This document shows positions 23,674 to 35,962 of a stretch of DNA of 64,000 bases, piece by piece. Numbering within the stretch: the stretch's first letter is position 1; each line of letters starts with the position of its first letter. The notes under the pieces were generated by a model. The model was not told the DNA's origin. It saw only the letters and a program-made list of their open reading frames with translations, and did no database searches. The position numbers were made by a program, and so were the translations under genes. Source of the DNA: Paramoeba atlantica (Eukaryota; Protista; Discosea); contig CDRNVI010000164.1 in assembly GCA_977017575.1 (NCBI GenBank), forward strand, positions 372,001 through 436,000, in the 5' to 3' direction.

Positions 23674-25020
23674 ATGGCAACGATTGAAGAAACTCCCCAT
23701 GAAATCAAAGAAACTTCCGAAGTAATCCTTGAAGAAATTTCACCCTCAGACCCACCACCTCATGGTGTTGGAATCCGAGAAGAAGAAGAAAGAGGGGTGG
23801 TTGGTGCTGATGAACAAGAATCGGGGGCTCGTTCTCATCACGGGTTGGTTGGTGAAGAAAAAAAGATTCCTGAGTGGCCTTCAGTTCTTCGAGATGGTTG
23901 GGTGACCTATATCAAACGGAGTCTCGATGAAATTTTTCTCTCTTCCAAATTGAATGTTCTTTTGATTTTTGTTCCGATCTCGATATTATGTCAAATTATT
24001 CCTTGGACGAGTGATCAACAACAGAAAGATGTTGTTCTCTTTACATTCTCACTTCTTGCTCTATGTCCTTTGGCAGAAAGGATTAGTTTTGTGACGGAAG
24101 ATCTCGCAAAATATACGAATGATACAATTGGTGGTTTGATGAATGCATCAATGGGAAATGTACCAGAGCTGATTATGAGTTGTGTGGCGTTGCAGAAAGG
24201 GAAATTAAGAGTTGTCCAACTCTCTTTATTGGGGTCAATTCTATCAAATTTGCTTTTAGTTTTGGGGACAGCTTTTGCTCTCGGAGGAACAAGATTAAAA
24301 ACTCAACAATATAACAAGAGTGCAGCAACAACAAATTCAGCAATTCTCCTCTTGATGGTATTTGCTTTGTTGATGCCTTCCTCTTTGGATGCGACGAATA
24401 CTGCTGTGAGTGAAGAAGATATGATTATTTTATCTCGAACAGTGTCAGCGATGTTATTGATTGTTTATGGTGGATTAATTTATTATCAACTCAAAACTCA
24501 CACCCATCTCTTTGAAGGTGTTGAAGATGATGAGGATGAACCTCCTGTCCTTGGTGTTTGGGGAGCCGTCTTCTGGATGGGAGTTTCGGCTCTTTTAATT
24601 GCTCTTTTAAGTGAATTTGCCATTGGAGCTATCGAAGGAGCAGCAAAGAAGACAAAGATGTCTCAATTTTTTATCGCTGCAATTCTTCTCCCAATTGTCG
24701 GAAATGCTGCGGAGCATGCTTCTGCGATTATTTTTGCCCTTCGAAATCGAATGGAGATCAGTCTCGGGGTTGCTGTTGGTTCTTCAGCACAAATTTCTAT
24801 GTTCGTCATCCCCCTTCTTGTTCTCCTCGCTTGGCCCTTTGGACAGCCTCTCTCCCTCGATTTTCATGTCTTTGAAACCGTTGTTGTTGCTATGACTGTC
24901 ATCGTGGTGGGTTTTGTTATTCAGCACGGAGAATCTGACTGGCTCAAAGGTGTTGTCCTCCTCACAGCTTATTTAATTACTGGAATTTCATTTTGGTATC
25001 ACATTGATATTGGCCAATAA
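23674..25020 (+). CDS. Ca2+/H+ antiporter (CAX/VCX1 family), intronless
   Basis: Alpha repeats GNVPE and GNAAEH, GSILSNLLLVLG, acidic central loop EDDEDE, multiple TM helices. Confidence 0.93.
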   Translation: MATIEETPHEIKETSEVILEEISPSDPPPHGVGIREEEERGVVGADEQESGARSHHGLVGEEKKIPEWPSVLRDGWVTYIKRSLDEIFLSSKLNVLLIFVPISILCQIIPWTSDQQQKDVVLFTFSLLALCPLAERISFVTEDLAKYTNDTIGGLMNASMGNVPELIMSCVALQKGKLRVVQLSLLGSILSNLLLVLGTAFALGGTRLKTQQYNKSAATTNSAILLLMVFALLMPSSLDATNTAVSEEDMIILSRTVSAMLLIVYGGLIYYQLKTHTHLFEGVEDDEDEPPVLGVWGAVFWMGVSALLIALLSEFAIGAIEGAAKKTKMSQFFIAAILLPIVGNAAEHASAIIFALRNRMEISLGVAVGSSAQISMFVIPLLVLLAWPFGQPLSLDFHVFETVVVAMTVIVVGFVIQHGESDWLKGVVLLTAYLITGISFWYHIDIGQ

Positions 25021-25176
25021 ACTGCTCAATAGAAAGAAATTCCCCACCCACCCCCCCCCACACACAACACCATCCCCACCCATTAAATCTCTTTTCTTCG
25101 AATAGACAATCATCGGAGAGGGAAGGAATCTTTTTTGTTTTCACACATTAAATCTCAGTTTTTTCAAATCGCGTTT

Positions 25177-25806
25177 TTACCAATCAAAAACAAGAGTAAA
25201 TGGTCCATCACTTGCAAAATTCAATCCTTGCCGGTTTCCGTAGGTCCCAAATGCTAATAGCCGTCTTGTTATATTCTCTTTTTGACCATCTTCAAATTCA
25301 AATCCATTGCATTCTCGGATTGATAAACTCGAAGAAGGTGGCCATGATTGAATGAGTCCCCCTTGTTCATTCGAAACCTGTTGTGTTTCACCCCGAATCG
25401 TCGCCATTGGTGGTAACCCTTTCCCAAGAGAAGATATAAAATTTTCCCACATAATTTGACCAGTTTCTTTGTCGATCTGTTGGTGGTGTTGGAGGGACTT
25501 TCCTTTCAATTTCCCAGCAATACTAGCTTGTGGTATCACCAATAGATCGCAATTTGAGGATTGAATATTCACAGGTTTTGTTGCAGTTGCTGCTGTCCCA
25601 TCTCCCGCGAACTCTCGATATATCTTGGATGTGAGGATTTCTTTCGCTGCTTGTTCGACAATCTTTTCCGAGATTCCTTTGAAAAAACAAACGTAAATAA
25701 TTATTCCTGGACCAATTCGAACATAGCGACTTTGGTTATCAACAAGTAATTCTGCAGAGCGACAATGTTGAAGAACCACTCGAAGACTTTTTCCTGACGC
25801 TGCCAT
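25177..25806 (-). CDS. DTD2: D-aminoacyl-tRNA deacylase paralog, DTD2/ATD-like, intronless
   Basis: IIIYVCFFKG, VIPQASIAGKLKGKSLQHH, GTYGNRQ..DGPFT, matching the DTD2 PQATL and GTYGNRQ motifs rather than the DTD1 SQFTL motif. ATG at 25806. Confidence 0.85.
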   Translation of the reverse strand: MAASGKSLRVVLQHCRSAELLVDNQSRYVRIGPGIIIYVCFFKGISEKIVEQAAKEILTSKIYREFAGDGTAATATKPVNIQSSNCDLLVIPQASIAGKLKGKSLQHHQQIDKETGQIMWENFISSLGKGLPPMATIRGETQQVSNEQGGLIQSWPPSSSLSIRECNGFEFEDGQKENITRRLLAFGTYGNRQGLNFASDGPFTLVFDW

Positions 25807-25904
25807 GGAGTGTTCCCGGCTGCTGAGCAAAAAACCCTGATATTTTTTTCAGAAGAACGAACAAAAAGGAAGAAGAAAGAGAAGAATTAAAAGGTGAAAG
25901 AAGA

Positions 25905-26550
25905 GAAGACTTTTCGAACAAATATCAAAGAAATTATGAAAGAAAAACACATAACAACAAGATATGATGTTCAGTTCGAGAATTGAATCTTCGCATCATG
26001 CGGCACAAAAAACCTCACACAAAAAAAAGGTATTGCACTAGACTCTTGGATGCGTTTTGAAAGAGAAAAGAAAAAGAAAAAGAAAAACACCAGAGAAAGG
26101 AGCACTCACAGAAGACGCGGAAAGAGAAAAGGAAAAGAGAGACGAAAGAGAGAAAAAAGAGAGGGACGACAACGAAAAAAAAAAAAAGAGAAAAAGAAAA
26201 AGAAAAAGAAACCAAAAGAAGACTTTTCGAACAAATATCAAAGAAATTATGAAAGAAAAACACACACAACAACAAGATATGATGTTCAGTTCGAGAATTG
26301 AATCTTCGCATCATGCGGCACAAAAAACCTCACACAAAAAAAAGGTATTGCACTAGACTCTTGGATGCGTTTTGAAAGAGAAAAGAAAAAGAAAAGAAAA
26401 AAGAAAAAGAAAAATACCAGAGAAAGGAGCACTCACAGAAGACGCGGAAAGAGAAAAGGAAAAGAGAGACGAAAGAGAGGAAGGGACGACAAAACGAAAA
26501 AAAAAAAAAAAAAAAAGAGAAAAAGAAAAAGAAACCAAAAGAAGACTTTT
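25905..26550. repeat. Two tandem direct repeats of about 313-323 bp in the DTD2 / PNUTS-like divergent intergenic region
   Basis: Units start at GAAGACTTTT (25905, 26218, and a partial at 26541). Non-repetitive cores are nearly identical; differences are mainly in A-tract length. Confidence 0.9.
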
Positions 26551-26804
26551 TTAGGCAAAAAAAAATCAGACAAAAACACCGCACTACTTTGAAGGGTTTT
26601 CGTTCCCCCGCCAAGTTGTCTTTTCGTCTTTTCACACCTCCAACACCCACTTGACAGATTTTTTTTGTGCCAACTCGCACTGGCACTTCTTACTTTTTTT
26701 CTTCGAAAAGGAGACAAACTTTTCTTTTGATAGAACTGTTTTTTTTTTTGGTGAGTGGGCCCCCACATAACCCCTTTTTTTCATGAGAATTTTTCTCTAT
26801 TGAA

Positions 26805-29402
26805 ATGGTTTGTGGTGCTGGTTCTTCAAAAATGAATTCAGTTTCGGATCAACAAAAAATGGACGAGGGAAACCTTGAAACAAGGACAACGAAGGAAGAA
26901 GAAATCCTTCCTGATGAGCAAGCGAAAACAAATTTTGCTTTAAGTGAGATTTTAACGACTCTCAACTCTTCCGAGTCGAAAGATCATTGGAGTTCAGTTC
27001 TTTTGGAGTTGAAGAACTTTCTCTCCTCTTCCTCGAATTCGGGGGCAAATTACAAATCTTTTTTCTCCAAAGGAGGTCTTCGAACAATAAGTAAGCTTCT
27101 TCGAGAAAGTGTTTCTCAGAGAAATGGTGAATGGATTGATCGGATTCTCGATATTTTGGATCCTCTTCCAATCAATTCCTCTCTTCTCTCGAGTTGTTCA
27201 ATCGGAAGGGATATAAAGAAATTTTCTCTAATTCGCGATCTTTCTCAAGCGGTCCGGTTTGAAACCATCTTCTTGAAATGGAAAAAAATTGTCTCTTCAG
27301 AGGCAAAACCCAAGGGAAAGTTATCATCAACATCCCCCAAAAAAGAAAAACTCTCTTCGAGTGATGAAAGAAATATTCAACCTTCGTTTATGAAAGAAGA
27401 ATCTCTTGAACAACCTGCTTCAACTCCATCGACTCAACAACAGCAGCAACAACAACCACTCCAATCGTCTGCTGAGGTAAAAATCGTCGCGAATAATGAC
27501 TTTGGAAGACCCAAGAAACAAAAGAAAGTTCCAGACACATCACCAAGGAAGATTGTTGCAAATTCAGATTTTGGTAGAAAAAAGAGAAAGAGACCGATTC
27601 CTGATTCGACTCAGAACGTGACCTCGTCGCCGCCGACCCAACCAACGGTGTCGTCCCAACCAACGCTGACCCTGCCGAGCCAGCCAGCAACCCAGCAGCC
27701 TCCCCCAGCAGTCACAACAACAGTAACAACACCGATGGAGTGTACTACCCCCAACTCTCCCCCAACATCACCCCAAGAAATCTCTCCCAAAGCGAAAGAT
27801 GATGTCATAGCCCCCTCTTCTCCTCCCCAACTCCCCCCCACAGCCCAACAACCACCGGTCGCCTTTCAACCCACTCCTGCCTTTCAACCTGCCGGACCTT
27901 CCACTTCCACTTCCCTGTCTGAGAACCAAGAAACTTTGGACCAACTCCCTCCTTCTCCTCCCATAAAGAGAGCTCGATCCGTTCCTCCTGTTAGTGGAGT
28001 ACAACTGATTGATGAAATCCCAGAATCTCCCCCTCGTGTCTCATTGAGTCCACCCGTACCTTCTCGGAAGAGATTCCCTGATGATGTTGTGACTCAACAA
28101 CAACAGAGCGCTCCTCTCACCAAGAGAAAGAAGAAGAATTTATCTGTCACTTGGGCTCCTCATCTTGAGTCTATCAGATACATCGAAGGGAGAAAACGTC
28201 CAAAGGTTTGTCTTTTTTTTTATTATTGTTTCAAATCTTCTCATCGAGTGTACCCACTCTGATTCTCTCTTATCTTTTTATGTTATATATATAGCTCTTT
28301 TTGGGAGAACCAGTGATGGGGCAATCGAATTCAAAACCGCGCCAACCTTTCGGAATGCAAACACCACAGTCATCTCCAACAACAGAAGCAATGATTTTAA
28401 ATTTTGCGAAACTCGAGTGGGATCGAGTGTCAGAGACATGGAAGAAAAATAAACTTGACCAAAGACCTTCCCAACAATGGTCCCAACCAGTACCTTGGCT
28501 CGTTCTTCCAGTCATTCCTCCGGATAGTCAAGAGACATTGATCCAAAAAGCTCGAGAACTTTTAATTGAGTCACATCCTCCCAATCCTTTGATTCATAGT
28601 CCACATGAAGCACCACAAGAAGGTTTCTTTTCTTTTCTTTACTTTTTTTTTTTCTTTTGCGAAGCTTAAAAGAAAAAGAGACTGAGCCATCCTTTTATTT
28701 TAGGTTTTGAACCCCCTACTCGAGTTTTGTACGATTCTTTTGAAAATGTAAGAAACTTTTTCTTTTCCTTTTCTCTTTCCACAAACAAATATGAATTTAA
28801 AATTTTTTCTCTTACTCTCACAGACCGAAAAACCCGGCCCGCAAACTCCAGTTTTTTACAAAGACGAACCACACCAGAACCAACCGCCACAGGAATTCAA
28901 TTCTGCGCCTCACCAACCACAAGAATCGACATCATATCGTCCTTTCCAAGAACCACAGTTTGGTCCCCCGCATTTTCCACACCAATCTCTCCCACCAAAC
29001 GAACCAAATGTTGCTCATCTTCCCAATTTCGGAGAATCTGGGGAGAATCAGATGGGGAGGAATGGTCCTCCTCCTCCACATCATCTCCCTCCCCCTTCAC
29101 GAGAGCAATCCTTTCAACAATCCTTCCAACAAACACGTCCGCCTTTTGTTGATGATAGCAACCCTCCCCATGATCCTCCCCCAAATTGGCGAGAACGAGA
29201 AAACGAAAGAGAGGGTGGTTCGTTAAGACGAAGTCACGAAAAGAAAAAGAGAGATCGACCACCTCCAGGAGGAGGAGGAAGAGGGGGTGAAGGTCGTAAG
29301 AAAAAGAAGAATATTCCTTGTCGATTTTTTGCGACAAACTCTTGTACTCGAGGAGATAATTGTCTCTTTATTCATGATGAATCAAGGAGAGAAAAAAGGT
29401 GA
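26805..29402 (+). CDS. PNUTS/PPP1R10-like PP1 regulatory protein, 3 exons
   Basis: TFIIS-N-like region (LDPLPINSSLLSSCSIGRDIKK..LKWKK), RVxF-type KKNLSVTW, Pro-rich linker, C-terminal CCCH finger CRFFATNSCTRGDNCLFIH. Confidence 0.75.
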
Positions 29403-29564
29403 CACAACTCTTTGTTGAGGGGAGAGAGTTTTTTTTAATGATGTGTAAATATTATTAATAAGACAAGAAAAGAAATCCTATTTTTAACAGTGTTATCTTT
29501 TCTTCTCCCTTTTTCGCCGTTTTCTTCTCTTTTGACGTTTTTGTTGTTGTTGGATCAGAAGAAT

Positions 29565-31209
29565 TTAAAACCAAAGACTGGTTAATCTTCTCCGCCCTGA
29601 AATTGCGAGAGGGTGCGATCGTCCAAGAGAGTCGAACATCTTTGAATAGAGCGAGTCAACTTTTCATCAACAAAAAAAAGAAATAAAGAAAACTTTAAGA
29701 AAAAGAAACCTTCAATAAGTATTCTTTCGCCGCATCTTCATTCCAATGTTTATCTTTCTGTTGTGTGTGTTAGAAGAAAAAAGAAAGGAAAGAAAAGTTC
29801 AGGAGAAAAATGAAAAATGAAAAAAAAAACCTTAATAATCTCAATCAAGTGTTCTAATGCATCATCATGACGATTGAGAGAAACATAAATTTGACTGAGT
29901 TCAAATTTTTCTTGAAGTTTGGTTGGATCCCCAGAAACAATTTTCTCTAGTTCCTCTCTCCGGTCAGAAGAAACATCAAGATCCCCTAATTCACAAGAAA
30001 GGATTGCTGACTTGACTGAAGGAAGGTCTAAACACTTCTCATATCGAGATTTGAGGTTACTCACCAGTTGATTTGCTGCTGCTTTGTTCCCCTGATCATA
30101 AAAAAATGAGTCTCATCGCCCCTTCTAATGAGTCTCATCTCTAAAAAAGCAGTTTTTGGGGATCATACCTGATGAAGGAGACATTGAATCAAACCAGCAG
30201 TCGATCGAGCACCGAATGGATCATTTTCTTTATCATGACTTTCGACCACCTGTGAAAAGAGCATTGCCGCATCTAAAATTCTTCTTATTAACTCTCTCTT
30301 TTTGTGTTGTGTGACTGAACTCCTCAAATATTTGAAAGCAAACCTTCCATCTCGCCACTCAATAATTTCTGTTCAGCTTCTTCCAAAACCTGTTCCATAT
30401 TCCCACTTGATTGTCCTCCTTTAATTGCTTGAAGAAATTCTTGGTATCTTAGGACAAAAAAAGGTGATGAACGAAAAAAGAATGAAAAAAAAGAAGGAAA
30501 TGAGAAATACAAACTGCTTTTCAGGAGGGACTCCAACAAAAGAGGAGAGTAATTTTCCCTTTTGGAAAGCGAAAACTGCTGGAATTGACTGAATTCTCAG
30601 AGAACCAGCAAGTTGTTGCTCTTTATCTACATCTAATGTACCGAATTTCACACCTGCAAGGATGATTGATGAATATTTTTTGGTTTGAATAGAAAAGAAA
30701 ACTCATTTTGCTGAAACCTGGGATTTTGCGAATGTCACCTTCGATCTTTGGACGTAATTGCTTACAAGGCCCACACCAATCTGCTGTGCAATAAACAATT
30801 GTTGGTTCTTTCCCTTCAACTGCTTCCCTAAGATTAATCGGGGTGATCTGAAGAGAAGTTAGAGAAATTCCCCATCAACAAACAACGAAAGAGAGAGGAA
30901 AGGAACCTCAAAAACTCTGTCATCTTCAGGGGTTGATTGAGTTGCAAAAGAGCATCTTTGGGGACCCACTTGAGAGAAGGAGGAAATGGGAGAGACCTCT
31001 CCAGAAAAGAGACTTTTGTTGGAAGAATGATTTTGCACAGTCGACGACAAGCAGATTCGACGGGTAGCGAAGCTGTTCGAAAGAGAAGAGAAAGACTTAG
31101 AACGCAAGCAGTTTGTTTGGGATCGAACAATTGAAGGTTTGAAAGAATTGATCAGACTCCTCGAATTGAGGATGAGTCGTGAGAAACTCACGCCAGATCG
31201 ACACAACAT
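29565..31209 (-). CDS. Thioredoxin-TPR chaperedoxin (CnoX/YbbN-like) with a mitochondrial-type presequence
   Basis: Arg/Ser-rich N-terminus with almost no acidic residues; YCTADWCGPCKQL, IQSIPAVFAF, DALEHLIEIIK.DKHWNEDAAK, FDSLGRSHPLAISGRRRLTSLWF*. Confidence 0.8.
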
Positions 31210-31420
31210 GGCTCAAAAAGAAAAGAACGGCAAACAAAAAATTCCTCGAACAAAAAAATTAAAGAAAAAATTGGGGCGCTATTTTAAACCCACTGTTTCT
31301 TTTTATGTTTATTTTTCGGTGTGTGCGTGTGTGTTGTAAACTCGTTCTTGGTCGTTTGGGGAACAAGGTGTGTTTTTTGCTTTTCTTTTTTCTTTTTATT
31401 CTTTTGTTTTCAAAAAAAAA

Positions 31421-33065
31421 ATGGATCTTATGGATCTGGATAACTCTTCAAACTTGGAACTCTATCAAGCATTTTCAAAAGTAAGAACCACTGCCAAGGT
31501 TCTGGTTTGTTTCTGTCAGAACCTCCAGGTAAATCTTCCTCTTGGTGAGTGTGATCATTACCTTTTTGACTGGACCATTTAAATTGGTAGCCAACCAAAT
31601 CAAACGAACTCTCTCAAGAAAAAGAAGAGAAAAAGAGCGATCTCTTTTTGGAATCTGCTGTTGGGGATCTCACACACGAAACAAAGGTGGCAAACAAAAT
31701 TCTGAAAAAATGGAAAATGGAAAATGGAAAATGTGAACAACGAAAACAAAATGAACTCAACCTCTTTTTCTTAGACAATCTCCGAGCTTCGATTTGAGAT
31801 CACGAACACCAAACAACAATTGAATGAGTGTCAAATCGAAAAAGGATCGCTCAAACAGATTATCCAAAAGCACCGAGAAGCAGCGATGAGTTGGAAGGTC
31901 CTGATACAGTGCTGTTTTTAGTGACCAAACAAACTTTGACACTGTAAGAATAGTTGGAAGAAATAGAGCTCCGAAAACAGCTTCAATCGTTTGAAGAACA
32001 AAAATTCAAATGGCAAGAGGAATCCGAGATTTCAAAAGAAATGATCACCCTCTTTGAAAGGGGGTTGAAAATAGTTCAAGCACAGGTTTTTGATTTCATT
32101 TAAAAAAAAAAAACGCTGCAGTGCTGTGATTGTATCAAAATTTCTTTCGATAATCGAAGACGTACTCATCACGAGTTTGTGTTCAGACAGAGGAAATGCA
32201 TTTGGTGAAACAAAACCTGGAAGAAGAAGGTTTGTGATTTGGAGGGGGATGTGAAAAAAAAGGGAAATAGGGTGATTCTGACCTTCATTGGGGGATAGTT
32301 CGTCAATTAAAATCTACACATCAACAAATCTTGGACCAGCACGCGATATTAAAGGGTTCGATTTGCCAAAAAACCTCTCAGTTTCTTGGTTGGGAATGAA
32401 TTTTTTCTCCACTCTCACACCAGACACCGCAAAATCCCAAAGAGAGATCATCCAGAAATTGCAAGGAGTTGAAGCAAATCAGATCAAGCAAATTTTCTGC
32501 GTGGAAGCCCACGCTGCTGATTTGTCTGAAAGACTTCAAAGACAAACAGAAGAACTTCAAGAGGTCTGTGGACGAGAAAAGGAATGTGTTAAAATTGGAG
32601 GAATTCCTCATCCTGATCTATTCCATTTCTCCTCAACAGGAAAAAAAAATCCGCCAACAAAACCAGACTTTACATGAACAAAATGGAAAAGAAAAAGAGG
32701 TTCTTTTCATATTGTCAGAGGATTAAGTCAAAAAAAAAAGGAATGGTTCTAAGCCGGTGGGTGTCGGACAGGATTTGCTCGAAAAAATTCTATCCCTCGA
32801 AGGCATGTTGCTCCAAGCACAGGAGCTTATCTCAGCCCAGAGAGAGAGAATACTACAACTACAACTTGAACCATCATCACCAAAAAACGGAGAAATAGCC
32901 GATCAAGAAGAAAAAGATCCTCAGAAAAATGAAATTGGGAAAGATGAATTCGCTTCAGAGAGTAATATTACTGATGATTCTTCCATTCACAACAAGGATT
33001 CACTCATTGTCGATAATGCAGCATCAGACAATTTAGAACAGGTTTTCAAAATTTTTGAGATATAA
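31421..33065 (+). CDS. Hypothetical coiled-coil protein, multi-exon
   Basis: Heptad-rich exons (TISELRFEITNTKQQLNECQIEKGSLKQIIQKH; REIIQKLQ..LSERLQRQTEELQE; LLQAQELISAQRERILQLQ). No family recognised. Confidence 0.55.
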
Positions 33066-33066
33066 A

Positions 33067-35796
33067 TTATTCAACTCCGAAATAAGTCATTAAAGCTTCA
33101 GCTGCAGTAATTCTCTTTTCAGGATCATTCACGAGTAATCGAGAAATTAGGCTATACAAGATCATATGTTCAGGAGGAAAGTATTTCTAGAAAAAAAATA
33201 TTTTGTGTTAGTTAAATAAAAAGATTTTTTTTTAACTTCAAAAAAAAATGAATCATCTTCAGACCCCCCCAAAAAAAAATACAACCCCAAAAAAAAAAGA
33301 AAAAAGAAGAAGAAAAATACCCTAAGAGGAATCCAAGATGAAATCTCTTGATACTTCAAATAATATTGTGGATCATCATTCTTTGGCCAACAAACAAAAC
33401 CCCTTTTATCAAAGTATTTTCTTCCGCTCCCTCTGTTGCAAAGAAAAATGTCAGTCAGAGGAGAAAATCGAAAAAACAAATGGTAGAAAAGCACCAACTC
33501 CCATCAATAAAGAGAACACACAACAATCAGAGACATAACAATCAGATTGAAAATAGCAAAAAAAAAAAAAGGTAACTGAAAAATCATGGTGAGCGGAAAG
33601 CATCCAAGTCGAGTTTGCATCATTGAAAGATGTTGTAAGTCATCATGGGTCTGAAAAAGAGTTCGTCCAGTGTACAATTCAAACAAAATGCAGCCTAAGC
33701 TCCACATGTCAGCAGGATAACTCCACCCATTTCCTGTTCAAAAAAGAACTTTCAGTTTTTTTGAGATTATTGGATAACTGAACTTTTTAAAACAAACCAA
33801 GAATCACTTCTGGAGCACGATAATGACGAGTCGTAATGAGGGAAGAATGGTGTTGATACTCAAAAGTAGCACTTCCAAAATCAATTACTCGAATTTGAGA
33901 GGACCTTAACAACGAAGTCTGGATGATTGATGAGCAAAATGAAAGGTGTCGAAACGAAAAAGCAAAGAAATTGTTCGAAAAAAAAAATAAATGAAAGGAA
34001 ATGAAAATACCGAGGGATAAGTTTCGTCAGAAAGAAGGAGAATATTTTCGGGTTTGAGGTCAGTGTGAACCAACTTCATTTCATGGAGAACTAAAAAAGA
34101 AAAGAACATCAGAACCAAACCAAAAAAAAAAACATCAAAGAAAAAAAAATAGAACATCGGAGAGCTTGGAGAAGTTGTCGAGCTATTCTCCACGTATCAT
34201 CATAAAAAAATGGAACATATCCCACCTTCTTCATAAAATCATAGAGGCTTGGACCAAAAAGTGGGAAGACAATACAAACATGCCCTCGATCTCGAAAATA
34301 ACTCAAAAGACCGGTACATTTTCTGTAAAAACAATGCAAAATAAACCAAAGGAAAACAAAAAGATAAGAGATGAAAAAAAAAATCATACTTGGAACCCAT
34401 TGGATCACGAGCTTGGATTTTGGTCAAAACATCAATTTCGTAATCAGCAGATTCGCTGTATTTTGGAATTGCACGAACAACTTTCACAGCCACCATCTGA
34501 CGAGCAACAAGATCGAAACATTTAACAACTTTCCCAAATGTCCCTTGTCCAATGGTTTCTAACATCTCATCTGTAAAGGAACGAATTTCAACACAAAACA
34601 ATACCATGAATTTGGCGTTCAGAAAAAAAACAACAAATTAAAAAAAAACTTACATCGATTTCCAAGGAGCTGATGTGGATGGACAATCAAATGTCCGTCC
34701 TTACCATCAATGGGGGTCGAAGATATCATTGGCAGAGTTGGCATTGGCATTGCAGTTGAGAGTGGGACAGCAGTGGTCATAGGTATGGTCCTTATTGACA
34801 TTGGTAGGATTGGCATTTGTTGAATTACGACAGGCATTGGAGGGGGAGGGAGATTGTAGGTCATTTTGGTATGACTTCGATGAGGGTCAAAATTGTAGAG
34901 AGGAGGAAGCTTTGACGACTCTGAATGATGATCATCTTTCAAGCAAGGACGGGAATGAGAAAAATGAGGTCCATCATAATGTTGCCTGAGGGGAAAGAAA
35001 AAAAAACAATTAATCTTGGAAAACATGGATTTCCGAAAAGAAAAAGAATATGAAAAGAAACAAACCGTGATGAGTTAATATAGGGGTAATAAATTTTGCG
35101 AGAAGGGGCTTGATCAAAATTCTTTGGGCTTCGTCTCATCGTAGTAGAAGACAAAATCGGCGAATTATGGCCGATCACGTGGCGATGATGACTCTCTTTT
35201 TGCCACATCTTTTTCGGAGGGGGAGGGGGCTCTTCATAATCATGATAAACACCTTCATCAAAATAATGACCTGATGAGACAGGGAAAGGAGGAGGGGGAG
35301 GAAGAGGAGAAAGAATTCGTTCTTCTTTTCCAGCACGTTTTCCTCTTTCCCACTTTTCTCGTGATGGTGATGGCGAACGAACAGGAGGGGGGCTGCCTGA
35401 GGAGAAAGGCGAGAATGATTGAAAAAATTCTGGTTCATTTCTTTGGTCTGGAATCCCAAAATCTTTTCTTTTTCGAGTGTCTCTGATCGGAGGATAGGGG
35501 GCTCGATCTCTCGAAAAAGATGTTTGCACGTAATCTCCAACTCTTTCCTGATTTAGCCTCTCTCTCCTTAACAATGGGCGAGGATCATGCACTCCCGAAG
35601 ATTGGGGGATTTCATCACGACGAGCAAATCTCCCTTTTTCATCTCGATGAAACTTTCTTTCTGCCGCTCCTGACTCTGGAGAGGAATCGTTTCCGACACC
35701 ACCAACCCGAGCCCTTCTTTTTACCGGCGGCTGGTGGAAGGCGAGGTGGTTCCCACCATCCTCAAAATTCAAATCGAACCTTGATCTTTTCCTCAT
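33067..35796 (-). CDS. CLK/LAMMER dual-specificity kinase
   Basis: [69 protein letters not shown] (LAMMER-equivalent); Arg/Pro/Ser-rich N-terminus. Confidence 0.92.
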
Positions 35797-35950
35797 GACC
35801 AAACAAAAGAACTAATACGAACGAAAAAAAGACCCACTGGCCCTACCAGGTCTGACCGATCACAAGGAGGCCGTCTGGAAAAGTTATTGGCCAAAGCCCA
35901 CAACCAACCCAAAGACAAGCACGGTCCAACAAAAGGGAACAATTGTTTTG

Positions 35951-35962
35951 GATGACGTCATC
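35951..35962. promoter_or_regulatory. Perfect 12-bp palindrome GATGACGTCATC (CRE/bZIP-type core) in a divergent promoter
   Basis: Lies between the CLK start (35796, minus) and the SH3-Furry-like start (36112, plus). Function inferred only. Confidence 0.35.

Noticed and set aside
25041-25082. G-quadruplex-like G-runs on the minus strand between CAX and DTD2
   Set aside because: A single low-complexity tract with no supporting context.
25955-26000. C/D-box snoRNA in the tandem repeat (ATGATG ... CTGA on the minus strand)
   Set aside because: The C box is imperfect, the boxes are only about 19 nt apart, and there is no second box pair or terminal stem.
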